From positions 352,001-416,000 of the forward strand of contig CBDANS010000005.1 of NCBI GenBank assembly GCA_965197745.1: 64,000 nt of DNA. Direction: 5' to 3'. The position numbers and the translations under genes are program-made. The notes under the pieces were generated by a model. It searched no databases. It saw only the letters and a list, made by a program, of their open reading frames with translations, and was not told the origin of the DNA. This document shows positions 44,639 to 53,120 of this stretch, piece by piece (within the stretch, counting starts at the first letter, position 1; each line of letters opens with the position of its first letter). This stretch comes from Opitutales bacterium. GTDB taxonomy: Bacteria; Verrucomicrobiota; Verrucomicrobiia; Opitutales; PNEW01.

Positions 44639-45820
44639 ATGCATAAAGCGGTAACCCTCATATCTCTTTTTATAACCCCGTTATTATACGGCGTTTACGC
44701 TCCTATCCCGGAACAAGATTAAGGCACACCACTAACGATCAGTTTACAGGCTGGTGGTTTCTATGACTCCAATATTTTTGGGAATTTCGCGAATGAGATT
44801 GATAGCGGGGTCTTAAGTTTTGCTCCGCGTATTAAGTATAATGCATCACTTGCCGAGCAAACTTATCTATCCAGTTTTTACGATTTGGAAATTCTTTCTT
44901 ATGATAATCGTCCTTCCGATGATACTCTTATTAATAATATCCTGGGAATTAACGTCTATCATTCGTTTGCACCGAATATTAATTTCCAAATTGATGATAC
45001 CCTCTCACTCATTGACAACCCTGAATCATTACTCGTAGGCGTATTACAATCTAACCAGTCTTTAAATCAAAACCTATTCAATGTTCGTTTAAACGCCGAT
45101 TTCTCAGAAAAGCACGGTGCTGTTTTCAAGTATAGAAATACAAACTTTGCCTATGATGATAATGGTCTCGCTGAACTTCTGGATCGCAATCAGCACCTCA
45201 TTGGTGTTGAAGGAAATTTCAATCATACACCATTGATGACCTTTGTCGGAGAATTTCGTTATCAGGATATAAACTACGATCAGAGCGGCCTGGAAAAAAA
45301 CAGTGACTCGATTTTTTTTCTGGGAGGAATTAATTATAATCCCGATGAGAAGATAGATATAAGAGGAAGATTTGGAGTAGAGGATCGTGATCGAATTAGC
45401 AGTAGCGATAATACAAGTTTTTATGGTGAATTTACCGGCTCTTACCGTTATCAGGAGGAATCGTTTCTCTCCGCTGGTGTAACATATGATATACGCGAAA
45501 CTTCGAATCCTTTAAATTTCACTGACGACGAAGTTTTGAGTTTATTCATTAACGCTCAACACACTTTTAGCGGTGCCTTTACCATTTCCGGATCGGTATT
45601 ATATAATGCTTCAGAGTTGCTTCAGCGGGATCCGACAGCGGGGCCCAATGTCGAAGATGATACGGTTCGCGTTGGCTTTGGCTTAACCTATAAACCATCT
45701 GATAATTTAGCTATTATCATCGATTATGATTTTGATAATACCACCTCAGATGACCCGGTGCGCGAAGAAAACAGACACCGTGTCGGTATCAATTTCCGTT
45801 ATACTTTCGGATTATTTTAA
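44639..45820 (+). pseudogene. Outer-membrane beta-barrel protein (EPS-associated) interrupted by an in-frame TAA at 44720-44722
   Basis: ATG 44639 gives signal peptide MHKAVTLISLFITPLLYG-VYAPIPEQD*GTPLTISLQAGGFYDSNIF..., in frame with ORF 44885-45820, which ends in a beta-signal (RYTFGLF). Confidence 0.8.
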
Positions 45821-45923
45821 TGGGGTTATTGAATTTTCCGGAATAGAGTTGATATTAATCGCAGCTGCGGGTCATGCTGGACCCGCTTTTCATTTAGGAT
45901 CTATAACCTAAAGCAATTAGAAT

Positions 45924-48104
45924 ATGAAAGATGCCAGTAGTTCATTGCCGGAAGGCCTTTCTTTGCCTGATTTGCTGAGAATGCTCAAGGCCAGAAAAAC
46001 GCTTATTGCGCTGATCCTGTCAATATGTTTCATCACCACCGTTATTATTACATGGAGTCAACCCAAGTGGTACAATTCGGTTGCCGGCATAAGAGTCGAG
46101 AAACCAGAAGGTGAGGTGGTATTATTCGGACAACAGACTACGGGAAATTTCGATCCCTATTTTATTCGGGAACAGGTTGAGATCATTCAGAGTAAAAAAG
46201 TACTCATGCCGGTAATTCGGAAATTTAAAATACAGGCATTACTCAGTGAACAGTTTGGTGGCGCCATCACCGAAGATGAATCTTATACATTTTTTTCAAA
46301 AAAAATGATCAACGTCGACTCACACTCGGGGACACCGCTTATTGATATTGGGGTGCTCGTGCAGGAAGATCCTGTTCTTGCTTCAATCCTTGCCAATGCT
46401 ATCGCCCAGGCGTATGCGGATGACCGAATTGAATTTGCGACTGCGGGCCAAACGGAAGCTATTCAAAAATTAAAAGAAGAATTGCAATTGCAGGAAAACG
46501 TAGTTTCAGAACAGAGAGATGACATCGAAAATTTACGTAAAGAACTGCAGATTTCTGGTGTTGGCATAAATTCCCAGACTATTCAACTCGACATCGAAAA
46601 CTTACGGCAACTGGAGCGCACTCTCATTGCTTTAAAAGTTGACGCGATTGCGCGCAAGACACGCTTTGAGCGGTTTAAAGCCGTTCCCTTGAATGAACGA
46701 TATAAGCTTGTTAATTCTGAACTCATCCCTGGCAGCAACATTCAGAACCTGATGCAGGCACATTTGATTGCCGATCAGAATTACACACAGATGAATAGAA
46801 GGCTGGGTGAAGCTCATCCCGATTTAATGGCCGCCGCTGAAAATATGGTTAAAATTAAGGATCAGCTGGACACTCTTCTACAGGGCTACGAAGAATCACT
46901 GGAGATTTCCTATTTTGAATCTCAAGCCCGTGTTTCTGAATTAGAAAAACAACTCGAGAGAGCCCGTCTCGATCAAATTTTTTCCGCCGAGAGCAAGGTG
47001 CGTCCCTTTGAAGAAGCAGTAACTAAACTCCGAGATGAAGAAAATTTATATAAAACCCTGAAAATTACCTTGAGGCAACGTGAAATCGATTTTCAGGTGC
47101 CCAAGCGTACCATTGAAATCCTTAATGAAGCGGTGCCTGCACGACGCCCGTCGAAACCCAATTGGATCGTCAATATAGGTTTGGCCTTAATATTTGGGAG
47201 TGTTCTCGGATTGGGGAGCGCGTTTCTCTTTGATTTTCTTGATACCAGTTTTCGTTCCATTGAAGACATGGAACGAACGCTGCAGTTACCGGTTCTGGGT
47301 GTAATCACGAAAAATCAACCGCTCGTAACTGCAGAAAACTACAATACCTTCGAAGCTGAACCCTATCGCGTTATACAGACGAATCTCGATTTGTCGGGAA
47401 GCGATGAAAAAAGCAATGTAATTATTGTCCAGTCAGCAGGTCCGGGTGAGGGAAAATCAACAACCATATACAATCTTGCCTCTGCAATGGCATATAGTGG
47501 ATTGAAAATTCTTTTAATTGATTCTGATCTTCATCGACCGGTTCAACATAACTTAATGGGAGCCCAACGTAATCCCGGGCTTATTGATATCTTAAAAGGT
47601 GAAAAAAAAGCAAAATCTATAATTCAAAAGACGAATGTTCCTAAACTGGATATAATAACTGCCAGCCATAGCGCCCATTTCACGCTTAGTGTGCTCCATG
47701 TAAAACCAATTCTTGCCTTACTCAAAGAATTTCGCACTCGCTATGATAAAATTTTTCTGGATTCACCCCCTATTATTGGAATTAGTGATGCTTCGGTCCT
47801 CGCCAGTGTCTGTGATGGCATTATTTTTGTCGTACAGCATAAGAGGACGACGACTTCCATGTCTCTGCGTGCTCAACAAATCCTTCAAAATGTTGAGGGG
47901 AGCATGCTTGGATTGATATTAAACCAAGTCCCGGACACGGGAGGGGAAGATTATAATTATTATACCAGTAATTATTCGTATTACAGCTCTTCTCAAAAGC
48001 AAAAGGAAGATGACACTAATAGGGGAACGGGAGTATCATCAGGAAACGAAAATGAATCATTTGAAATTGATGAAATTGGTAAAGGAAATACCCCTAAAGT
48101 TTAA
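45924..48104 (+). CDS. Polysaccharide co-polymerase / BY tyrosine kinase (Wzc/GumC family)
   Basis: Two TM helices flanking a coiled coil, Walker A GPGEGKS, IDSDLHRP, LDSPP, C-terminal Tyr cluster YNYYTSNYSYY. Confidence 0.93.
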   Translation: MKDASSSLPEGLSLPDLLRMLKARKTLIALILSICFITTVIITWSQPKWYNSVAGIRVEKPEGEVVLFGQQTTGNFDPYFIREQVEIIQSKKVLMPVIRKFKIQALLSEQFGGAITEDESYTFFSKKMINVDSHSGTPLIDIGVLVQEDPVLASILANAIAQAYADDRIEFATAGQTEAIQKLKEELQLQENVVSEQRDDIENLRKELQISGVGINSQTIQLDIENLRQLERTLIALKVDAIARKTRFERFKAVPLNERYKLVNSELIPGSNIQNLMQAHLIADQNYTQMNRRLGEAHPDLMAAAENMVKIKDQLDTLLQGYEESLEISYFESQARVSELEKQLERARLDQIFSAESKVRPFEEAVTKLRDEENLYKTLKITLRQREIDFQVPKRTIEILNEAVPARRPSKPNWIVNIGLALIFGSVLGLGSAFLFDFLDTSFRSIEDMERTLQLPVLGVITKNQPLVTAENYNTFEAEPYRVIQTNLDLSGSDEKSNVIIVQSAGPGEGKSTTIYNLASAMAYSGLKILLIDSDLHRPVQHNLMGAQRNPGLIDILKGEKKAKSIIQKTNVPKLDIITASHSAHFTLSVLHVKPILALLKEFRTRYDKIFLDSPPIIGISDASVLASVCDGIIFVVQHKRTTTSMSLRAQQILQNVEGSMLGLILNQVPDTGGEDYNYYTSNYSYYSSSQKQKEDDTNRGTGVSSGNENESFEIDEIGKGNTPKV

Positions 48105-48198
48105 ATCCAGTATTCTGGATTATTGAGTTCTTATGGGGTAGGGAGCGTTCATTGTTGACTTTAAAGTAAAAAACAAAATTTTTTAATTATTATTTGGT

Positions 48199-48274
<76 letters not shown>

Positions 48275-48284
48275 TTAAAAAAAA

Positions 48285-48971
48285 GTGAAAGCGAAAGAAC
48301 TTTTTGGGTTGCCGGAATCCCTGCCATTCGGGGATTTTTTTTTATCGGACAGCACTCCCTGGGAATGGGTTTTGAATATTAAATCCGCCTTGGCTGACTT
48401 TGATTTTAGGGCTCAGTCAATACGCCATGATTTCCCTCCAGGGGTGGCCATAAGCGGTCAGGTATTCATCCATCCCACGGTTAGGTTACCCCCCTATTGT
48501 GCCATTGAAGGCCCGGCTTACATCGGAGCGCATACTGAAGTTCGTGCGGGAACCTGTATTCGGGGTAATGTTATTGTCGGGTCGGATTGCGTGCTCGGTA
48601 ATTCATGTGAATATAAAAATTGTCTGCTTTTGGATCGCGTGGAAACCGCGCACTTTAACTATATCGGTGATTCTGTATTAGGCTCGGATGTCCACTTTGG
48701 AGCGGGAGCTATTTGCGCCAATTTACGCCTGTTACATGATCCCGTGCCGGTTGTCTTACCAGGTGGCAACCGCGTCACAAGTAATATGCGTAAGCTTGGC
48801 GCAATGGTGGGTGAACATGCTGAGGTTCTTTGTAACTGTGTTTTACAGCCCGGAGTGATAATGGGTAAGCGTGCTGTGGTTTTACCCGGTACTGTCTTCA
48901 GCGGTTATCTTGCTGAAAATTCGATTGCCCGTGTCACGCAGCAGATAAAAACGACCTTGAGAAGAGAGTGA
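48285..48971 (+). CDS. Left-handed beta-helix acyltransferase, similar to the GlmU C-terminal domain
   Basis: Hexapeptide repeats, HFNYIGDS, GAGAICANLRL, RKLGA; no nucleotidyltransferase domain. Confidence 0.85.
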   Translation: MKAKELFGLPESLPFGDFFLSDSTPWEWVLNIKSALADFDFRAQSIRHDFPPGVAISGQVFIHPTVRLPPYCAIEGPAYIGAHTEVRAGTCIRGNVIVGSDCVLGNSCEYKNCLLLDRVETAHFNYIGDSVLGSDVHFGAGAICANLRLLHDPVPVVLPGGNRVTSNMRKLGAMVGEHAEVLCNCVLQPGVIMGKRAVVLPGTVFSGYLAENSIARVTQQIKTTLRRE

Positions 48972-48997
48972 GAATTATAGTTCACCCCTTTTTGAAT

Positions 48998-50743
48998 TTA
49001 AATTTCTTCATATATGGGTTCGCCTCGGTGCAATCTGATAGCGGTACGTGTCATTTGAGCTTCAGCTCTACGTGTCGGGCAATGAGCCGCTAAATGACGA
49101 GTGACTGCTACATAAATGTGTTCTGCCTGGGGGAGCCCTTCCCATAATTGGGCCTGGCGGACACCGGCTTCCAGACACTGTAATTTATGAAAATCAAGAT
49201 CCTCACGCAGGGTAGCCATGGCGAGGGTATCAATAAGTTGTTGATGTGGGTGGTTCAGACGTATATATCGGGCTACCAGGGAGGTTACAGTATCCCAGGA
49301 TTGCCGGCTGTTAAGGTATTCTAAAATAGATTCCAGTAACTCTTTGGGGTCGGCACTTAAGGATTCTAAATCATTGTTCTGTCCGGGTAATTTAGATTTC
49401 GGTATATTTAAAAATCGGTCAATATATACCGACATGGCACCGTGAATAATTGCTCGAATCGTATAACTGTTAGCCGAACGCAACAGTGACTGATAAACAG
49501 CGTTAGAGTAAGTGAAAGTGTGAAGGGGTCCAAACCAATCATTAATGTCATTTGATTCGGGGAAATGAGCCAACCGCATGGCAGCGGCATAAGCGACATA
49601 TTTGGCAACTTCCGTGGGTGCTACCCCGCGAGTGAAACATTCCTTGAGGGTCTTGAGAATTGCTAAAGGATCATCACCCAGTAAAATATCACTTAATGAG
49701 TTCGGCGCCATAGCTTTGCTCTTCCCGTTATATTCTGTTTTAATTAATGCATCTTCAGTTTCTTTAATGTGTGGAATGAGATCGATAGGGATTCGCCAGG
49801 CACTGCTTTCTTCCTCTCCGCGCGCCGAGCTTATTCCAGGGGTTAGCGTCGGCAGTATTTTCTCCGAATGTTCCCAACCGATGGCGTTCAGAAGTTCGAA
49901 TGCTTTATTGGCAAAATCATAAGTATGTCCTGTCGCAGAGTAAATGCGGTCTGTAATAGTGCCAAAGACGATATTATTAATCACTGCAGATTGAGGGAAG
50001 TCCTTTGCCGCAGTGAGCAAAGTGCGTTCAGCGCCATCGCGATGGCGCACCAATACCCAATGTTTGAGCCATCGATTAAGCTGTTCGGCTTCAACCCGTT
50101 TCCCATCCAGAGGACGTCGTTCTCGTCTTGATGGCATCCCTGCGCAGTTGGAGGCGAGTCGCCTTGAAGCGAGAGCGAGGGCGTAAATTCTGGTTTCCTT
50201 GCCGAGATAGGGCCAGAGATTGGCTACCGCGACCAGGGATGTCATTCCATCCTGCCAGTTTTCGTGATTGGCACTGCCATATAAAGCGATTTCGCTGATT
50301 ATTTTTCGATAATTCACTTTCCCCTCAAGAAGACCGATTATACTCTTCGCCTGAACGAGGGCGATGTTTTGCTCTAAGCCACGCTGCAGCCTTTTATTGA
50401 AATATTTTTTAGTCGGTTGTTCATTTGCTACTTTTGCAATATATATTTCATCATCAACGATCTTGACTTGGAAAGAAGGTACATCGTCAGCAAATAAATC
50501 AAAGGCACACCCGCTGTTTAAATCGAATCGTGCATGGTGCCAATGACAGGTGAGAATGCCATCATTGACCGTGCCTCTGTGAAGGGGAAATCCGAGATGT
50601 GGACAACGATTATCCACAGCTAGAACATTGCCATCATGCCAGAATAACGCCACCGGTCTGTCCTCACCCCGGACGACAAGCACTTCAGTTTTTTTCAGCT
50701 TTTTCAGCGAACTGACGTGAATATATTTTGAGCCATCAATCAT
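48998..50743 (-). CDS. Rieske [2Fe-2S] domain fused to a large helical domain of unknown function
   Basis: NRCPHLG..TCHWHHARFDL in the first ~105 aa, followed by ~470 aa of helical repeats. Confidence 0.9.
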   Translation of the reverse strand: MIDGSKYIHVSSLKKLKKTEVLVVRGEDRPVALFWHDGNVLAVDNRCPHLGFPLHRGTVNDGILTCHWHHARFDLNSGCAFDLFADDVPSFQVKIVDDEIYIAKVANEQPTKKYFNKRLQRGLEQNIALVQAKSIIGLLEGKVNYRKIISEIALYGSANHENWQDGMTSLVAVANLWPYLGKETRIYALALASRRLASNCAGMPSRRERRPLDGKRVEAEQLNRWLKHWVLVRHRDGAERTLLTAAKDFPQSAVINNIVFGTITDRIYSATGHTYDFANKAFELLNAIGWEHSEKILPTLTPGISSARGEEESSAWRIPIDLIPHIKETEDALIKTEYNGKSKAMAPNSLSDILLGDDPLAILKTLKECFTRGVAPTEVAKYVAYAAAMRLAHFPESNDINDWFGPLHTFTYSNAVYQSLLRSANSYTIRAIIHGAMSVYIDRFLNIPKSKLPGQNNDLESLSADPKELLESILEYLNSRQSWDTVTSLVARYIRLNHPHQQLIDTLAMATLREDLDFHKLQCLEAGVRQAQLWEGLPQAEHIYVAVTRHLAAHCPTRRAEAQMTRTAIRLHRGEPIYEEI

Positions 50744-50792
50744 TTATGCCCCCGTGGATGAGATTTTTAATATAATTAAATCCTTGTATATG

Positions 50793-50808
50793 TAAAGAAA
50801 TTTCTTTA
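50793..50808. promoter_or_regulatory. Perfect 16-bp palindrome, candidate operator
   Basis: TAAAGAAATTTCTTTA in the 75-bp divergent intergenic region. Confidence 0.65.
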
Positions 50809-50818
50809 TTTATTTAAA

Positions 50819-51481
50819 ATGCCAAAATCAGTGAAATTGTCTATGCCGAAAATGCGGACTCGGCGTGCTATCCTTGAATTCCTTAAAAGAGACGGTCCTA
50901 CAGAAGCAATTACCATGGCTGAAACCTTAAATATATCCGCTATGGCTGTGCGTCAGCATCTCTATGAAATGCGCAATCAAAAGCTGGTCACATTTCAAGA
51001 GGATTCCAACGGGGTAGGGCGTCCCGCTAAGCAATGGAAATTAACCCTGGAAGCTGACAAGTTTTTCCCGAACGGTCATACTGACCTCGCCGTTAATCTT
51101 ATTAACGCAATTCGCACGAGCTTTGGCCAAAAAGGCATCGATAAACTTATAAAATTACGATCAAAAGATCAGATTTCAGATTACAATAATCGTATACCAG
51201 AGAATGCATCACTAATAAAGAAACTGGATCGTCTTGCGGAGATACGAACTGAGGAAGGCTATATGGCGGAAGTTCGAAAAGAAGGAGACAATTCTTTTTT
51301 GCTGATCGAGAATCACTGTCCTATTTGTAGCGCAGCAACCGCGTGTACTGGTCTTTGCGCAGCAGAACTCTCGGTGTTCCAATCAGTACTCGGAAAAAAT
51401 ACGGACATTGAACGAACTGAGCATATTACAACTGGATCGAGGCGGTGTGCCTATAGAATTAAAAATAAAAATAGATCGTGA
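50819..51481 (+). CDS. SufR-like metalloregulator (winged HTH plus Cys-rich C-terminal domain)
   Basis: AVRQHL, GVGRP, EEGYMA, ENHCPIC-x5-C-x3-C-x29-C. Confidence 0.88.
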   Translation: MPKSVKLSMPKMRTRRAILEFLKRDGPTEAITMAETLNISAMAVRQHLYEMRNQKLVTFQEDSNGVGRPAKQWKLTLEADKFFPNGHTDLAVNLINAIRTSFGQKGIDKLIKLRSKDQISDYNNRIPENASLIKKLDRLAEIRTEEGYMAEVRKEGDNSFLLIENHCPICSAATACTGLCAAELSVFQSVLGKNTDIERTEHITTGSRRCAYRIKNKNRS

Positions 51482-51535
51482 TATTGAACTTTTTAGTCCC
51501 TAAACCGATTTCAAGTAGATTGCCTTAGTAGGCAA

Positions 51536-52300
51536 CTAATCATTCAGTAGATCAATAACTTGCTGATGAAGGTGTGGGGTGGAAGCGACAATCGAAGCGC
51601 CTAGTACGGGGTCGCTTCCCTGCCAGTCGGTTATAATACCACCGGCACCCTGGATGATGGGGATTAACGCAAGGAGATCCCACGAATTCATAATTGGATC
51701 TACCATAATATCAGCATTACCGGTTGCGAGCAGCAGATAACCATAACAATCCCCCCAGGTATAGAGGGTGTTAACACTGCTCACTAATTTTTTCCAATTA
51801 TCGCCATCCTGGTGCTTTTCGGGATTAAGCAGATTACCACACAGGAGATCCGCTTTATGCAGGTCTTTTGTATCGCGCACCCGCACGGGTAGGTCATTGA
51901 GTTTAGCCATGGAATTGTTGCCAATAAGCAATTGATTAAGCAATGGTTGGTGTATGGCCCCGATGAGGGGCTGACCATTTTTGGAAAGACAGATTAGGGT
52001 TCCAAAAAGAGGGCAATCTCTCGCGAATGATTTAGTCCCGTCGATGGGATCAAGGGCCCAGACATATTCAGCATCAGCGTTCACCGTGCCTAATTCTTCA
52101 CCAATAATTCCATGTTCGGGAAACTCATTAGCAATGAGATTTCGCATAACCGCTTCAGCTTTGCGATCGGCTTCCGTGACTGGAGATTGATCACTTTTAA
52201 ATTCTACTTGTAGATCAGGATTGGCAAAATATTGAGTAATTATTGAACCACTTTCCCTGGCTAAGAGTTTTATAAACTTTATTATGTCATCATCTTTCAT
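51536..52300 (-). CDS. hisN: Histidinol-phosphate phosphatase, inositol monophosphatase family
   Basis: SPVTEAD, GEE, DPIDGT, GDCYGY, WD motifs; complements the monofunctional HisB. Confidence 0.82.
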   Translation of the reverse strand: MKDDDIIKFIKLLARESGSIITQYFANPDLQVEFKSDQSPVTEADRKAEAVMRNLIANEFPEHGIIGEELGTVNADAEYVWALDPIDGTKSFARDCPLFGTLICLSKNGQPLIGAIHQPLLNQLLIGNNSMAKLNDLPVRVRDTKDLHKADLLCGNLLNPEKHQDGDNWKKLVSSVNTLYTWGDCYGYLLLATGNADIMVDPIMNSWDLLALIPIIQGAGGIITDWQGSDPVLGASIVASTPHLHQQVIDLLND

Positions 52301-52448
52301 TTTAGTTCACACCAATCTGACTGCGTTGAAGTTTGATTTTTAGATACCAATAATAAAATTTAATGGCAAGAAGCCATTGTCATGGGTAGATAAATATAAA
52401 ATACTGCTCGCCCTGCCTCGTTGAATACGGAAAGATGGAAAAATTAAG

Positions 52449-53105
52449 ATGCTTTGGACGGAAATGCCCATTCATTTTGTGGATTTTGAAGGGAGCCGCG
52501 ATTGCGGTATCATAGAATTTGGTGTCGCCACCCTTCTTCATGGTGAGATTACGGAGACACGAACCCGATTATGTAAAGCAAGTGCCGAGGTTCGTGCTAA
52601 AGAGTCACGCTTGCACGGAATTCAATATAGCGACACTCAGAACGAAAAGCCATTTTCTGAAGAATGGGATAATTTTACTCACCTGCGTAAAACAGGTCCC
52701 CTGGCCGCGCATCATGCGGCAACAGAAAATAATCTGATCAAAATGGCATGGCCATATCCTACCTATTCTCCGGATTTTTTGAATCCTGATCAGGAGATTG
52801 CCGAATGGGGTCCGTGGATTGATACCTGTGCCATTGCTTTTAAGTTATTTCCCCAACTGCAAAGTCACAAGCTGCAGGATTTAATTGATTTTTTCGGCTT
52901 ACAAAGTTCACTCCATAAGTTTACCAGGGTAAATTGTCCCCCCCGGCGATGTCATTACCATTGCGCTTTATTTGATGCCCTGGCTTCAGCAGTTTTGCTT
53001 ATCTATATTGGCAGTCTCACCGGTTTTGAGCATGTTACCATTTCATGGTTGCTCAACCAAAGTCGTTCTCGTTCGACTCATGCTGAACAAAAGGAGCTTT
53101 TCTAA
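52449..53105 (+). CDS. DEDDh 3'-5' exonuclease (DnaQ-like)
   Basis: VDFEG (ExoI), HGI, WIDT, HCALFDA (ExoIII). Confidence 0.85.
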   Translation: MLWTEMPIHFVDFEGSRDCGIIEFGVATLLHGEITETRTRLCKASAEVRAKESRLHGIQYSDTQNEKPFSEEWDNFTHLRKTGPLAAHHAATENNLIKMAWPYPTYSPDFLNPDQEIAEWGPWIDTCAIAFKLFPQLQSHKLQDLIDFFGLQSSLHKFTRVNCPPRRCHYHCALFDALASAVLLIYIGSLTGFEHVTISWLLNQSRSRSTHAEQKELF

Positions 53106-53120
53106 TTCTTGAAACGTTAA

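Noticed and set aside
44720..44722. Stop-codon reassignment or Sec/Pyl readthrough
   Set aside because: The codon is TAA, which terminates many conserved genes in this window
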